A DNA stretch of 64,000 bases from Lepidodermella squamata. Lineage: Eukaryota; Animalia; Gastrotricha. A program made the translations under genes and the position numbers. Below are positions 12,704-24,500 of this stretch, piece by piece (within the stretch, counting starts at the first letter, position 1; each line of letters starts with the position of its first letter). The notes below the pieces were generated by a model that searched no databases, was not told the DNA's origin, and saw nothing but the letters and a program-made list of their open reading frames with translations. The DNA lies in the NCBI GenBank assembly GCA_047495785.1, contig JBLDXI010000013.1, positions 806,001-870,000 on the forward strand, written 5' to 3'.

Positions 12704-13412
12704 ATGGCGGACGAAAAGAAACTGGAGGAAGTTTTCCAAAAGTTTGCGGCTCAAGGTCAGGGTCAGAAGGCCAAGTGCACTATCAATCAGACCCAAATGG
12801 CGAAATTGCTGACTGATGCGGGAGTTTTCAAGGCCCTCCCCAAATTCGACAAGAACGTCCTTGGTATCTACTGGAGCTACGCCTTCAAGAAGGACAAGTT
12901 AATTTCAGCTTTGAACCTTAGGTTAGAGCTCACAAATATTTTATTTTAATAGGGAAGTTGACTTCAAAACCGCTCTTGAAGGCTGGAAGAACGTCTTTGC
13001 TGAGCGTTATGCTACTGATACCAAAGGTCAAACTACCAAAGAGGCCTTTTGGGAGAAGATGTCTCATTGCCTCACGGCAGTCGAAGGCCCTAAAGCCGAG
13101 GGAGCTACGGTAAGCTTCAACCTACCGCAATATTATTACAAACTATTTTTTTACTAAATTTTTCCCGGTTTAGAAAATAAGCAAGACTGGCAACGTCGAC
13201 CATTTCACCGATACTTCGCAGTACACGGGCGCGCACAAGGAGCGTTTCGATGCTGATGGCAAGGGCAAGGGCTTAGATGGCCGTGAGGAGCGAGCCGGTA
13301 AAATTTTTCAGGTAGTTCGTTGTAGCCCTCCTTGACAATATTTTCATTTTCAGAAAACAGTGGCTATGTCGGAAACTACAAGGGCGCTGGAACCTACGAC
13401 AAGAAGCACTAA
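12704..13412 (+). CDS. TPPP: Tubulin polymerization-promoting protein (TPPP/p25-alpha family)
   Basis: Exons 12704-12897, 12953-13109, 13174-13297, 13354-13412. The C-terminal signature is [29 protein letters not shown]...[17 protein letters not shown]. Confidence 0.93.
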
Positions 13413-14034
13413 TCGGACGACATCACTGCGAGATTTTACACCGTTTTTGATATTAGAATGTGACTTTACCCTCATAACGTCAAAAACGGCAGGATCAACT
13501 CCTGTTTTTATGCCTCGTCAAGTTCATATAAGTTTTCATGTAGTAATTGTTAAAAAAATGAATCTTGTTCAATATCGATCAAGCAGTCATTCGTGATATT
13601 CTGGAATCTATATGAAAGCAATTATAGCTATTTTATATTATTGTGACTTGTGACGAGCATGTTATAGTAAAAAAAAATTATTACAAAAAATGAAGAGTTT
13701 TCAGGTATCAATATCCACAGCTGTTTCCTAAATCTATTTACCTTTCACTCCGCTGGATTCGGCGTCAAATTGTGCTTGGGTCATAATATACTATTGACAC
13801 CCATCTTGGAGGCGGCAATGTTAAAAAATGGTTCGCCTCTCGCTCACAGAAAAGCGGTAATATTCCTCGCACATCGGCATTTCAGGGATTGGGGATAAAT
13901 AAACTTTCTGCGCTTTAATCCATGATGTTTATTTCAAACAATCACCGAGATGACTCTTTCATAAATAAAGATGGACATCTTTTCTTGCGATAACAGCGAC
14001 TTCTCGCCAATATAAGTTATAGGTCATTTCTCAG

Positions 14035-16680
14035 TTACATTGTCGCCTGATGCGAATCGACGAGGTGCTTGTCAGGCGATATCGAAGGCATGATTATGAA
14101 GAGAGCGATTGGAGACAGAACGGCGATAGCAGCAGCAACAGTCATGAGAGTAATATCAACAAATCGCGAAATGTCAGCCCAAGATTCGAACAAGTAGCGC
14201 TGGTGGTAGTCAGGGCCCATCATCGACGATATGCGCTGAGCCAGGGTCGGATGCGCTCTATTGCGCAAGTGCGAGACAGGCTGCGGGTGTTCTTCGACGC
14301 TTGGCAGTAGAATGCTGTGAGCACCACTCGAAACAACGGTGCCATGGTGGCTGTGCAGCGGGTGGTGCACCAGTCGCACCGGAGAGGCCGTCGGGCTTTC
14401 CCCAGGCTTGAGACGAAAATTCTGTATATAAAAAATAATTATATTAATTTTAACTGAAAACTTTTATTACGATCTGCGGATCTATTTCGATGTGGGTGTT
14501 GAAGCCGTTGGTCGACTGGATCATCGGTGATGTAGCGACTGAGACGCGGACCGATGCTGGGGAGGTTGATGGGCGGTCGCTGTAGTTGGTAGGGTTGCGC
14601 GCCGGGCTGCTGCTCGATTGCGTAGGCGAGCTGCGTTCGAGTCTCAGGCGATACGTGCGGCAACAGCAACAAATACAGCAGACGAAAGTTCGCCAGCACG
14701 AGGCCGGGTGTGGGATTCGAGTTATCCAGGTCGGTATCTCGATTTGCTTGTCCGCGTAGACGACAAATTTCGCAACGATAATCGACGTGCCAACCGATAA
14801 GGCCGATACGATGATGACAAAAAATATGTAAATTGCTGAAATAGAGCAAGTGATTCAAAATATTTAAGAAAATTGTTATTTAAATTTTACATAGCAAAGG
14901 TATGTCTGTTGATGTTTTTGGCAATTGCGCAACCGCCACAGTTTGGAAGACGACAACTGATAACAAAGTTGTAGTCGATGATCCGACTCGTTGAGGATGA
15001 GTGGCAGGTAGCAGGAAAAACATCACCTTAATAATTGAGCATTTAGGATAGCTCTTAATGGAAAGGCATTAATAATACTCACCTGTACGGTTGAAAGAAA
15101 AATAGCCGGAAGAATGACATTCAGGAGATGATAAATTTTGGCTCGTTCAATGCGAATGAGAAATTCAACACGGGCGAAATAAGTCTTCGAGCCGACCTGC
15201 GTAATAGAATACACCTTTAGATTATGAAGACAACAAGTTAGTAAAGCTAACTTGATTTATGATGTTTTTTCCAGTAAATCCCAACAATTGCCATGTTTCA
15301 CCTAAAGGTTACAAATAAAAATTTAAGGGATTCAACGTCATAGATTAAAGAATATAACTTCAATCCGACGAATAATTTTACAATTGCGGTATCAAATAAA
15401 ACTTTTTCTAGGCCAATTTCTCACCATCAGTGTACATCCGAGTATCGACGGGTGATTTTTCCGATCGCAGCGTTAAATTCATGAAGCGCAAATCAAAAGT
15501 AGGACTCTCGAAGATAAATTTGCCTAATGAACCGGAAACAAGAACGATAAACAATCAGGCGTGGAGACTATCAAATTATAGTTGATGAACTTACACATTT
15601 GTTTGTCGAATGGAAAATATCTAAGGTAAAGCTTGCAATTGGTTTTCACGATGCCAGTCGGGTGCCACCAAATGCGGCCGTTCGATTCGATTTTCATTTC
15701 AAACCTTGTATCACGTACAACGTGGTACAAATCAGACACGCTGTTTCTGTAAAATCGAGGAAAAATTGTTCGATTTGAAAAAATCGATAAATTTCAAGCT
15801 TACAAAATTGCAATATCAGGAACCCATATCAGATTACCCGGTATCACGACTTCGGACACATTATGAAAAAGCTCGGCATTCCAGGAAAGTCGTTTGTCTT
15901 GCCATGTCTGTAACGAGATCGTACTACATATTTTAACGAACACAGAGAATTTAATCAGGAATTACCAATTGCAGGCGAAGGGTCGTTTCCAAAACTTCGT
16001 TTTTCTCTATTAAATCCTGTATTTTTATTGGAATGAGCTTGATCTAAATAGCAAGGAAGTAGAAGACAATTTTTGCGTTAAATTGCCGGGTTCAACCAAC
16101 CATGACGTGAACCGGAAGATCATCCATATTAGGTCGCTTAAAGGCAGGATTGTTGAGCAGCTGCAGCAGCTTTTGTCGGCTAATTGAGTGTGGGCTCAAA
16201 GCCGCTGTCGGGTAGCCAGCGATAACTCCTGGCGGTTGTTGGCCGGTTGGAGCTCGCGTTTCAAGGCTCGTCACCAAGTAAGACGATGCCGACCCGAACC
16301 AAGGTGGCGGTGTAATAGGACCAACCCCGGCCTGGGCAGCGCCGGCAGTATCCTTTTGAACGACAGTTTGAACGCTTTCTACCGCATTAGGCCACGGTTG
16401 GTCGGCCATTGTTTTGATGTTGCATGCTGCCTTTGCTATCAGAAAAAAAAAATTCTAAATAATTTTAGGAGCTCCAGACGAAGATTCCAATTCAGGCATA
16501 AACTAATCAGTCGAATATTAGAAGCCATTGTATCTAATTCTTATTCCTATTCCTAATTCTTATAAATAATTTTTATAACAACCGACAAACTAGGCTTCGA
16601 ATCAGGTAGAAAGACTTACCGAAAACATTCGTTAGAACAATAATGAGAGACAAAAAGTTGAGAACGCGTTTTGAGCTCAT
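14035..16680 (-). CDS. Cys-loop ligand-gated ion channel subunit, nAChR-like, non-alpha (a longer in-frame start is possible at 17082)
   Basis: About 11 exons encode: a signal-like MSSKRVLNFLSLIIVLTNVF; TWQDKRLSWN; IWVPDIAILNS; the Cys loop CKLYLRYFPFDKQMC (C-x13-C); M1 YHLLNVILPAIFLS; M2 PQRVGSSTTTLLSVVVFQ; LPKTSTDIPLL; M3; and M4 after WADISRFVD. Confidence 0.9.
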
Positions 16681-19600
16681 GATAAGTGACGAAGATCGAC
16701 AGGAATTCAGCGATAAAATCAGCGAAAATATGATGCAAAGTGGCGGCCTGAGAACGAACTCTAAGCTACGACGCAGCCGGTGAGAGTAGCCGTAGGCAGT
16801 GCAGCAATCAGTCCGTTGGTATTGGGGACAAATCTGATGATGACGATGATGATATCGACAATGATAGTAATGGTAATGCGATGTTGTTGATGTCCTAAAT
16901 GCTACGTTGTTAAACCGAATTAGCGACGTGGCGCCGAGGGAGCTGCTCGCGATAGGTGCACTCGATAACAGCCTGTAACGGTGCCGCATAGATGATGACG
17001 ACTGCAATAACAACGATGACGATCCATTTTCAGCTTTCTGATTGTCGCCGACGTCGACGGTCACCGCGCTATTCGCTCCCATAATATTCGATTTAAAGCG
17101 CCGGCTGTTTTGCGAACAACGCCTCTTCGCTCCGATGTCACAGATTGTAAAAAACAAGATTATTATACATCGGTGGCAATTACGCCGCGCGTGTTCTCAA
17201 TATTTTCACGATGGACTCGTTTTTTTTGCTAAAATTTGCCTATTTTTTGATAGAAATTATAACGAGATAACAAGCTGAGCGTATGATAACTGCGGCTATT
17301 GTTGTGACGCAAAAAAAATTGCGGCAATATCGAATCACAAATCTTCGTCACACTTTATAATAATAATGGCGGAAAAAATGACTGAAAATTGCCTCTTGTG
17401 GTATATAAGTGATAGGAAAAGACCTAGTATGGTAAAAAAAAGTTCCCTAAACTCCTAAGAAATCGATGCAGGAGAACCGTAAGATCATGAGCTGTCACGC
17501 GGCGAGCTCATAACTTGTATTATTACATCTCATCAACGGCTCAGTTACTAGCCGAATCCACGTCAGCAATGTCAAGATACATATTATTTGTTAATTCCTG
17601 GGAGAAGCTAGAGCTCCAGGATCAAAACAAAACAAAACATCCCAGTGGTTAAAAAATTCAGGAAAATATTATGCTAAAATGGCCCAGTGAAAAGCGCGTC
17701 GTTTTTCACTGGCTTTAGCGTCCAAATGACCCCAAGTAGTTCCGGGAAGAAACGTTTTGTTGAAAATATCATAAATAGTAGGTATAGATAATTTGTAAGC
17801 TTGGGCGATTTTGGAGAAGAACTGGCCTAGCAATCTGAGATGAAAATGATTTGCGTTTGCTAGCGTAGAGCATGAGCGAAAGTGTATAATGGTCGCTTTG
17901 TTTTTTCAGCGAATTACGGACCGCCGTAGAGTGTAATGATCGCTAGCAACAGGCATATAAGGCGGGAGAAAATACAACCCCACCCGGCACCTGTGATAGC
18001 TAATGCTAACTTCATCATTATCGATGCTTACATCAGACTGCGCGTTCTGCCTGCAAGTGGGTTCAGTGAAGAGTGGGCATTAAAAAAAGCAAACGATGCG
18101 ATTGCAGGCGCCGTAGAACGCTTGTCTTGGCTAATCGACATGTTTGTTATTGCAAACTTGGAGAAATTATGACAGCGAGAACATGATGGCGAGAAAAGTC
18201 AACATGCTAATATTTGATCTATTGAATTTCTTCTCTGTTGCAAGAAAAATCAGAGCGCATACGCTAAACAGCATTGATGAGAAAAAAATTGTGCGCGCAA
18301 CATTACTACGGGAAACAGACGTTAATATAAGCACCTGAATTTCATGCAGCATCCGATTTTCGCACTGAACACGCGCGCTTTTTGTACACACGCTCCGCAG
18401 TTTCTTCTCGCCTTTTTTTAGCATCACCGCGGAAGGAAAGGACACGCGACGTTGCGCTCATTGTCACGAAGCGAAGCGAATAATTCGACATGCGTTCTAC
18501 GATTACGTCTGTTTTGCTGCGTAAAAAACGATCAGGAGCAGTTATACTCGTTCCGCGGTACAATTATTTTGCGCTGCCCAGCCATCGATACCAACCATCT
18601 GGTTGAAGTGGGGATCGCTAAATTTGCCCTGAACTAAATGACGCGTTCTCTGGGAAGCCAGCCAACGTGTTAAATTGAAAGATTGGGTTAAATTAGCCTG
18701 CTAAATATAAACTAGAGTTTAGTGCGATGTTTTTTTTTCCTCACAAGTTGATAAAAATAGGAAATGAAAGCTGAAAGCTGATACCAGTCCCCGAACATCG
18801 AATCGCGATAATTCTGGCTATTCCTATGATAAGCTGATGCCGGTTCGTGGAGATGTTTCAGATTGTCGATATTTTTTCATGTCAAGAGGTCGTAAAATAA
18901 TATCAGTCCCGATAAATGCCGGTCGTAAAAAATAGTACTGTGCGCCCGCACAATAAATTAAGGTCAAATTGTGAAATGACAACGCTGCTAGCATTCGTTT
19001 GTAAAATTCGTTAGAGTGATTGATTTTCAAACTAGCCAAACAATGTTTGTAGTGGCCTATAAACGAGATCGCGTGAAATATGTACAGCATCACAGCGGAT
19101 TTCCCGCTGATTTCGCCACCTGCCTTTCTATTATATTGTCCGAAACTCAGCAGGTTTTCGCGCGCCGATGGAGCATAATCAAAACATAGGTATTTAATCA
19201 GAGTCATTTCCTTAACTTGGTTGAAAGGATGACCAGTGATTGTCGGTACGTTCGATTGACTTCCGGATGAGCGGACTTGCCGCTGAGAACCGAGATAATC
19301 GGCTACATTTTGTATTGAAATGTTATATCTACTATTTAACGAACAGAATATGGTTTTTTATTAATCATAATATAGTGGGTCTCAAACTATCGGGACAATA
19401 CACATCGCGCGTGGTCAGCAAGGGACTCCGGTGCTTGTACTGTAGAATAAAGACTAAGATGATGGGATTTCCTCATCAAATGATAGTAGAGTCCGAATCC
19501 AAGATGGCACGGCATGTTTTTGCATTGTGAGCAAAAATATTGCGTGAGTTAAAATCAAATTATTGTAGTACTGTCTGCTGATGATTTAGTTTTACTATTC

Positions 19601-20627
19601 AAGCCAAACGAACGCGCGCCTGGTTCACTCTCCAAACAGTACTGCAGCGGTGCGCAGTATTTATCTAGCTGCTGGGGGAGCGATGAGATTTCGTTAATCG
19701 CAACGCAAAAACAACCGATAGAACAAACTTATCATTACTTTGAGATATCAATGGCCCTTCCAATACTCGGAGGTGAGCAGGATAACCTAGAAAGGCCAAA
19801 GAAACCAAAGTTAGTCGAATAGGATAAAGTAGTTTGAACATAATTGGCTAATCGGCGGGCATAATCGGCTAATTGGCGAATTGCAGTTTTCGGCTCGACA
19901 TTTCAACGCTGGGAACTGTTACGACTGGTTGCTTTTATTGCCATAAAGGTTCTTCCGACGCTGTTTTATTACCCAGAAAAAAACCATCCGCAGGCTGTCA
20001 GCACTGAGCAACGGCAGTTTTATTATGGCCATCGTCTATCATTTTTGACCAAATCTGGAACAAGGGAGGTTTATTGGTACGAATTACGAATCATGTTACA
20101 GTTTATGCACTTCCTACGCCCAGTTATGGTGACCGCTGAAACGCCAACTAACGACAGTTTAATGATAACATTTGTATAAGCTAGTGGTCTGATAGTTCAA
20201 AATGGCTGCTCAAGAAATTAAAAATATGTGCTCGAGCAGCGAACTCGCTCTGCGATTTTCAGTGTTTCTCTTCTGTTTTTTCTTTACTACCGTGAATTCC
20301 GAATAAGAAGTTAGAAGACTCTACCGCACTTCCATATATTTTTTCGATCGAGGTAAAGTCCCTGTCTTATAAGCGACAGCTGTCCTTCATTTTGCTGTTG
20401 TTGCTCTCCCCTAAACATCGATAGACGAAATGCAACAGAATAACAGGCCAGCCTGAAGTAACGGTTTCATCAAGATCATGATTATATAATGCCCACTCAG
20501 CTTTTTGCAAAAGGCACCGGGCACTTATGAATGTAGATCCAACTATCTCTACTTTAATCTTCGTTGAAACGCAGGTTGGAAAACACGCAGGTTTCGAGGG
20601 TTTCGCCGCCTTCAACGTGGAGGCATA

Positions 20628-20815
20628 TCGTTAGCGTCGTTGAATAACTCGGATTTTGGCTTGTTTACGTCCGTCCCAAGGTGCGAGGTGACAAGTAAAT
20701 TTTCTCTTGGTCTGCCTCTTCATTCACGTAAAAAAACCCGCTTTTTACTTGTCACCTCTCACCTTGAAACGGATGTAAACTAGCCAAAATCCGAGTTATT
20801 CAACGACGCTAACGA
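20628..20815. mobile_element. Short foldback/MITE-like element (~190 bp) with ~70-bp imperfect TIRs
   Basis: The left arm CGTTAGCGTCGTTGAATAACTCGGATTTTGGCT...GAGGTGACAAGTAAA matches the reverse complement of the right arm with 5 mismatches. ATAT flanks both sides, giving a TA or ATAT TSD. Confidence 0.8.
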
Positions 20816-21511
20816 TATATTTGAGCGGTCAATGACCGCCATCCGTTGCGATCACTGGCAACAAAGATCACGGAGGAGCTTGAAGCAAGAGGATGATGAT
20901 GATACTGTTTGAAATTACCGCGGATAAATTACCTTCAACAATTATTTAATTTTACCCTCCACTTACAATTATTTATTTGTATTTATTCAAATATGAAATT
21001 ATTCAATATTAATTGATAGCAACGCGTCCTTGAAAGCGAGAGTGGGCTCTAGAGGATGAGTGGCTGTGTGTTAGCGAACTGTGAACTGTGAACTTCTGCA
21101 TGCGCGAGATAGCTTGGCCGGCTACTAATAGGCTATAACGTTTCTGTCAAAGTGGCACGGTTTCTGCATTTTTAAACCAATGCCCAAGTTGTAGCGTTGT
21201 AAGATTGTCGACCGGGCATTTAAGTCCGTCAAAGCAAGTCGCTTACGCGAATAACCACGTGCCAAAATCCTATGTTATTCATGGAATAGGCGTGGAACAG
21301 TGCCATCATGTAAACTTGGCGTCATGCTCGTTGTAATCGCGTCCACCTTTGCAAACTGATATATGAATGTAAAATTATGTGTGTTTAGGATGTTTGCGTA
21401 AATAGTCAAAGCATTTGATTTTGTAGGTGTTATTGCAGTCGTCGGCTCAGTTACCTTATTATTTGCTTGGTTGTTCTCTCCGTAGGCTTGTCTTATTAAT
21501 AGCTGCAGTAA

Positions 21512-24500
21512 ATGATGGCGGCTGCTGCTGCAACCACTGAGAGCCAAGACAACCTTGTGAAAATCGTCAAGGAGTTTGCAATACAATTGCAACCTCACTT
21601 GAACATGGCAAACATCGACAAGATTGAAGATATGCTGATTCACATGGAAGAAAGCGATGGCGGCCATGAAATGTTAGCTTCTTTTCCACATCATCGTTAA
21701 TATAGTTGATGTGAATATTTACTCACAGGAAAGCGCTGGTCAAATTCATTCGACGAAAATTAACCGGAAAATTATCTGCTTACTTGGACGAAGAGATTGA
21801 AAAACATTCACAACTGAGTCACATTGATGCTGACCAACAGGAGAAATTAGTAGATGCCATATTTGAAAAAGTGCAGAAATCCAAACAGTGAGTGGTTGTC
21901 ATCTCTCAGTGATGATCTCTCACTTTCGTCAAAACCTTATTCTGTCTTTAGATTTCTGGACTGCAAGCAAAGCATCGACAACAGTGTTACTGAAGCCGTT
22001 AATCATTTACTGGAAAACTTCGAAAATGAAATGTTCATTTCGAATGCCAAAGAACAGAAAACTGAATTTGACAGAAATTCGCTAACCGTCTCAGACGACT
22101 CGTCGCTTTCTTTCTCTCTTACTCAGACAGCATTTCTCTTTGTTGGACAGGTATGCAATTTTGTAAAAAACCATTTTCATATGATTGTTTTGATAATTTC
22201 GTAGGAGCAACTTCTGCAACACGCTCAAGGGATTCAAAAGCCTAAATCTGTCAATGAAAGACTTGAAAACTTACGAGCCTTGTCACAAATGCCGGTATCA
22301 GACTTGCTGAATGCGGATTGTTGGCCGTTGATTCGCAAAGGCATCTTGGAATGTTTGGTTACTGACGAAGACGATAAACTTTGGTGAGAATCGACTTTGA
22401 ACGACCTGAATTAAGTATGAGCCAAATTATTAAAGGCTTGCAGGTTTGAAGTGCTGCACCCGGGGACTATCGTTCAATTCGCCGCCCAGCAAAGACTTGT
22501 ATATGCTGCTAGTAGATTATGTACTGCAAACTGTCACAAAGAAGCTTGCAAACTGGAAACTGTCAAGCGGTAATTATCGTTTTTAATCAAGTTTAAAGAT
22601 TAAGAAATTTATATTTCCCCAGGATTCGATGCTCAGAATCCTGCGATGGGTCGACTTGCCAAAGTTCTCCGAATTTTGAACGAATATCAGCAGCAAATCA
22701 CGAACTATTGGGTCAGGTTCTCTCAGGTAACTTGAATAATATGGTTTTGAATGTTGAGCTGAATTCCATTGTAACAGGAGCGGTTTTTGGAGGAGATTGT
22801 TGATGCAACGCTTGGATTTATGGTCATTCAACCTAATGTCGAGCTTCTTAGTCCTTATCATATTGTAGCAATGATAGACACGGAAGCTTATTGGTTGCGT
22901 GCTTGGACCCATGCTTCCTTCAGCCGTTTGCCACTTTTCCGTCTCCTAGAGAAGCATAAGGTGCTTATTCAGATGGCAGTTTCCTGCATTTTCAATTACG
23001 CATCAAAACCTCGAGCCGTCTCGCCATTGCACGATGTCAGACAGAACCGAGCCCAAATTCCTGAACAGCCACCTGCTTCGCCCTTACCCGCCTCCAAACC
23101 GATCCCACGTTACAACGACGCTGCCCTACAACACCTAGCCCTGTTATCTAGCATGCACATATTGCGCTACTTGCTGAGTTACAGACAGGGCGCTCGTTTC
23201 TTTCCCGTTCGATACAAAAACGACCAAATCACGTTGAAGCAGCTGCTGATAGAGCTTGTCCGCGTTATAAGCCACCCATGTGCAATGATCAATAAGCCAA
23301 GCTATCAACCGGTCAATCCAAGCTTTGTCGCAACTGATGTTCTGAAACACATATGCCTATCGACCAGTTTACGCTCGGTAATTTTCTCTGAAGAGTTCAT
23401 CTCTGCTCTTCTTGGGCCGGTTTGTTGGAACCCGTCTAATGTTGTAGGAACGGGTAGTACTAGCGACTCAGCCGCTGCTGAGCATTACAACAACGTACTG
23501 CTACTGGTCGCTCACGTGTTCTCAGCCTTAGCCTTCGATGAAGAGGGCAAGGCGTATTTATTATTCGGCGAATCTCTCGCCGCTAAATCAGCCTCAACAT
23601 CACGGCCCAACTCGTCTGTTTCATCCATATCTGCCGCTAACGGGACAACGGCAGTGCACACCTTGATACGTTTCGTGTTGAATAACATGGAATCTGATTT
23701 GTTATGGAGACGAGTTTTAGGCGCCTATATCTATCTATGCAGGCAGTTGTACACAAACTGCCCCGGGCTGGAGGTGATGAAGCCGTACAATCTGCATAAG
23801 AAATTGGCTGAAGCTAAAGTGAGGTCGGCTGCCGAGGCTAAATTCGCCGAAATGGAACGGACTGGCTCAGCTACTACCCTGGTCAATGATGACGTATCGT
23901 TAGGCAGCGATACCATTCCAGCCGTGAGCCGGGAGAGGTCGGGCAGCCGGGGTCGATTGGTCATTCCCGAATCTCTGACAGCGGGTGATGCGCTGGCAAG
24001 TGGCCGCATGCCTCGTGAACGGATCGGCAGTTCAAAACCGTCATTAGCCGCGTTTTGGGATGAAACGCTCAAGGATAACTTGCTAGGCTTCGCGTCTACG
24101 CCTGGTGGGATTTTGATGCTGTGTGAAACCGGTTTTTTCCAGGAATGCGTCTCGCACATGGTCCAGCGCTATTCTAGCGGCGAGCAGATGTCAAAGTACG
24201 AAAAATACGGATACGGATCAATGGTTTCCCAAATCGCTGCAACTCTTACGGGCAGTGAAGCTTTGGCTAAATCTACAGATCTGTTCCCTGATTTCATCTC
24301 AAGCCTGTGGTGCAAAATCGAGACTGTTCCGGATGAAGAGGCCCTGGCTACCCCGGCTCCTTGGCCGACGTCACCCATCGACAGGGCGCAACACAAGCCT
24401 TTCATTCGGCTGATTAATGTCGTCACGCCCTACCCTTCGATCTGGTTTCAACTCAGGACAGCGAAATTGCCGAATCGGGACGCTTATACCTACCACGACC

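Noticed and set aside
17200-21400. Short ORFs in the nAChR-like/TBC1D32 intergenic region, and a search for an RFX X-box for the ciliary gene
   Set aside because: There are no recognisable domains. Only half-sites (GGCAAC near 20858, AGCAAC near 21018) were found, not a convincing X-box.
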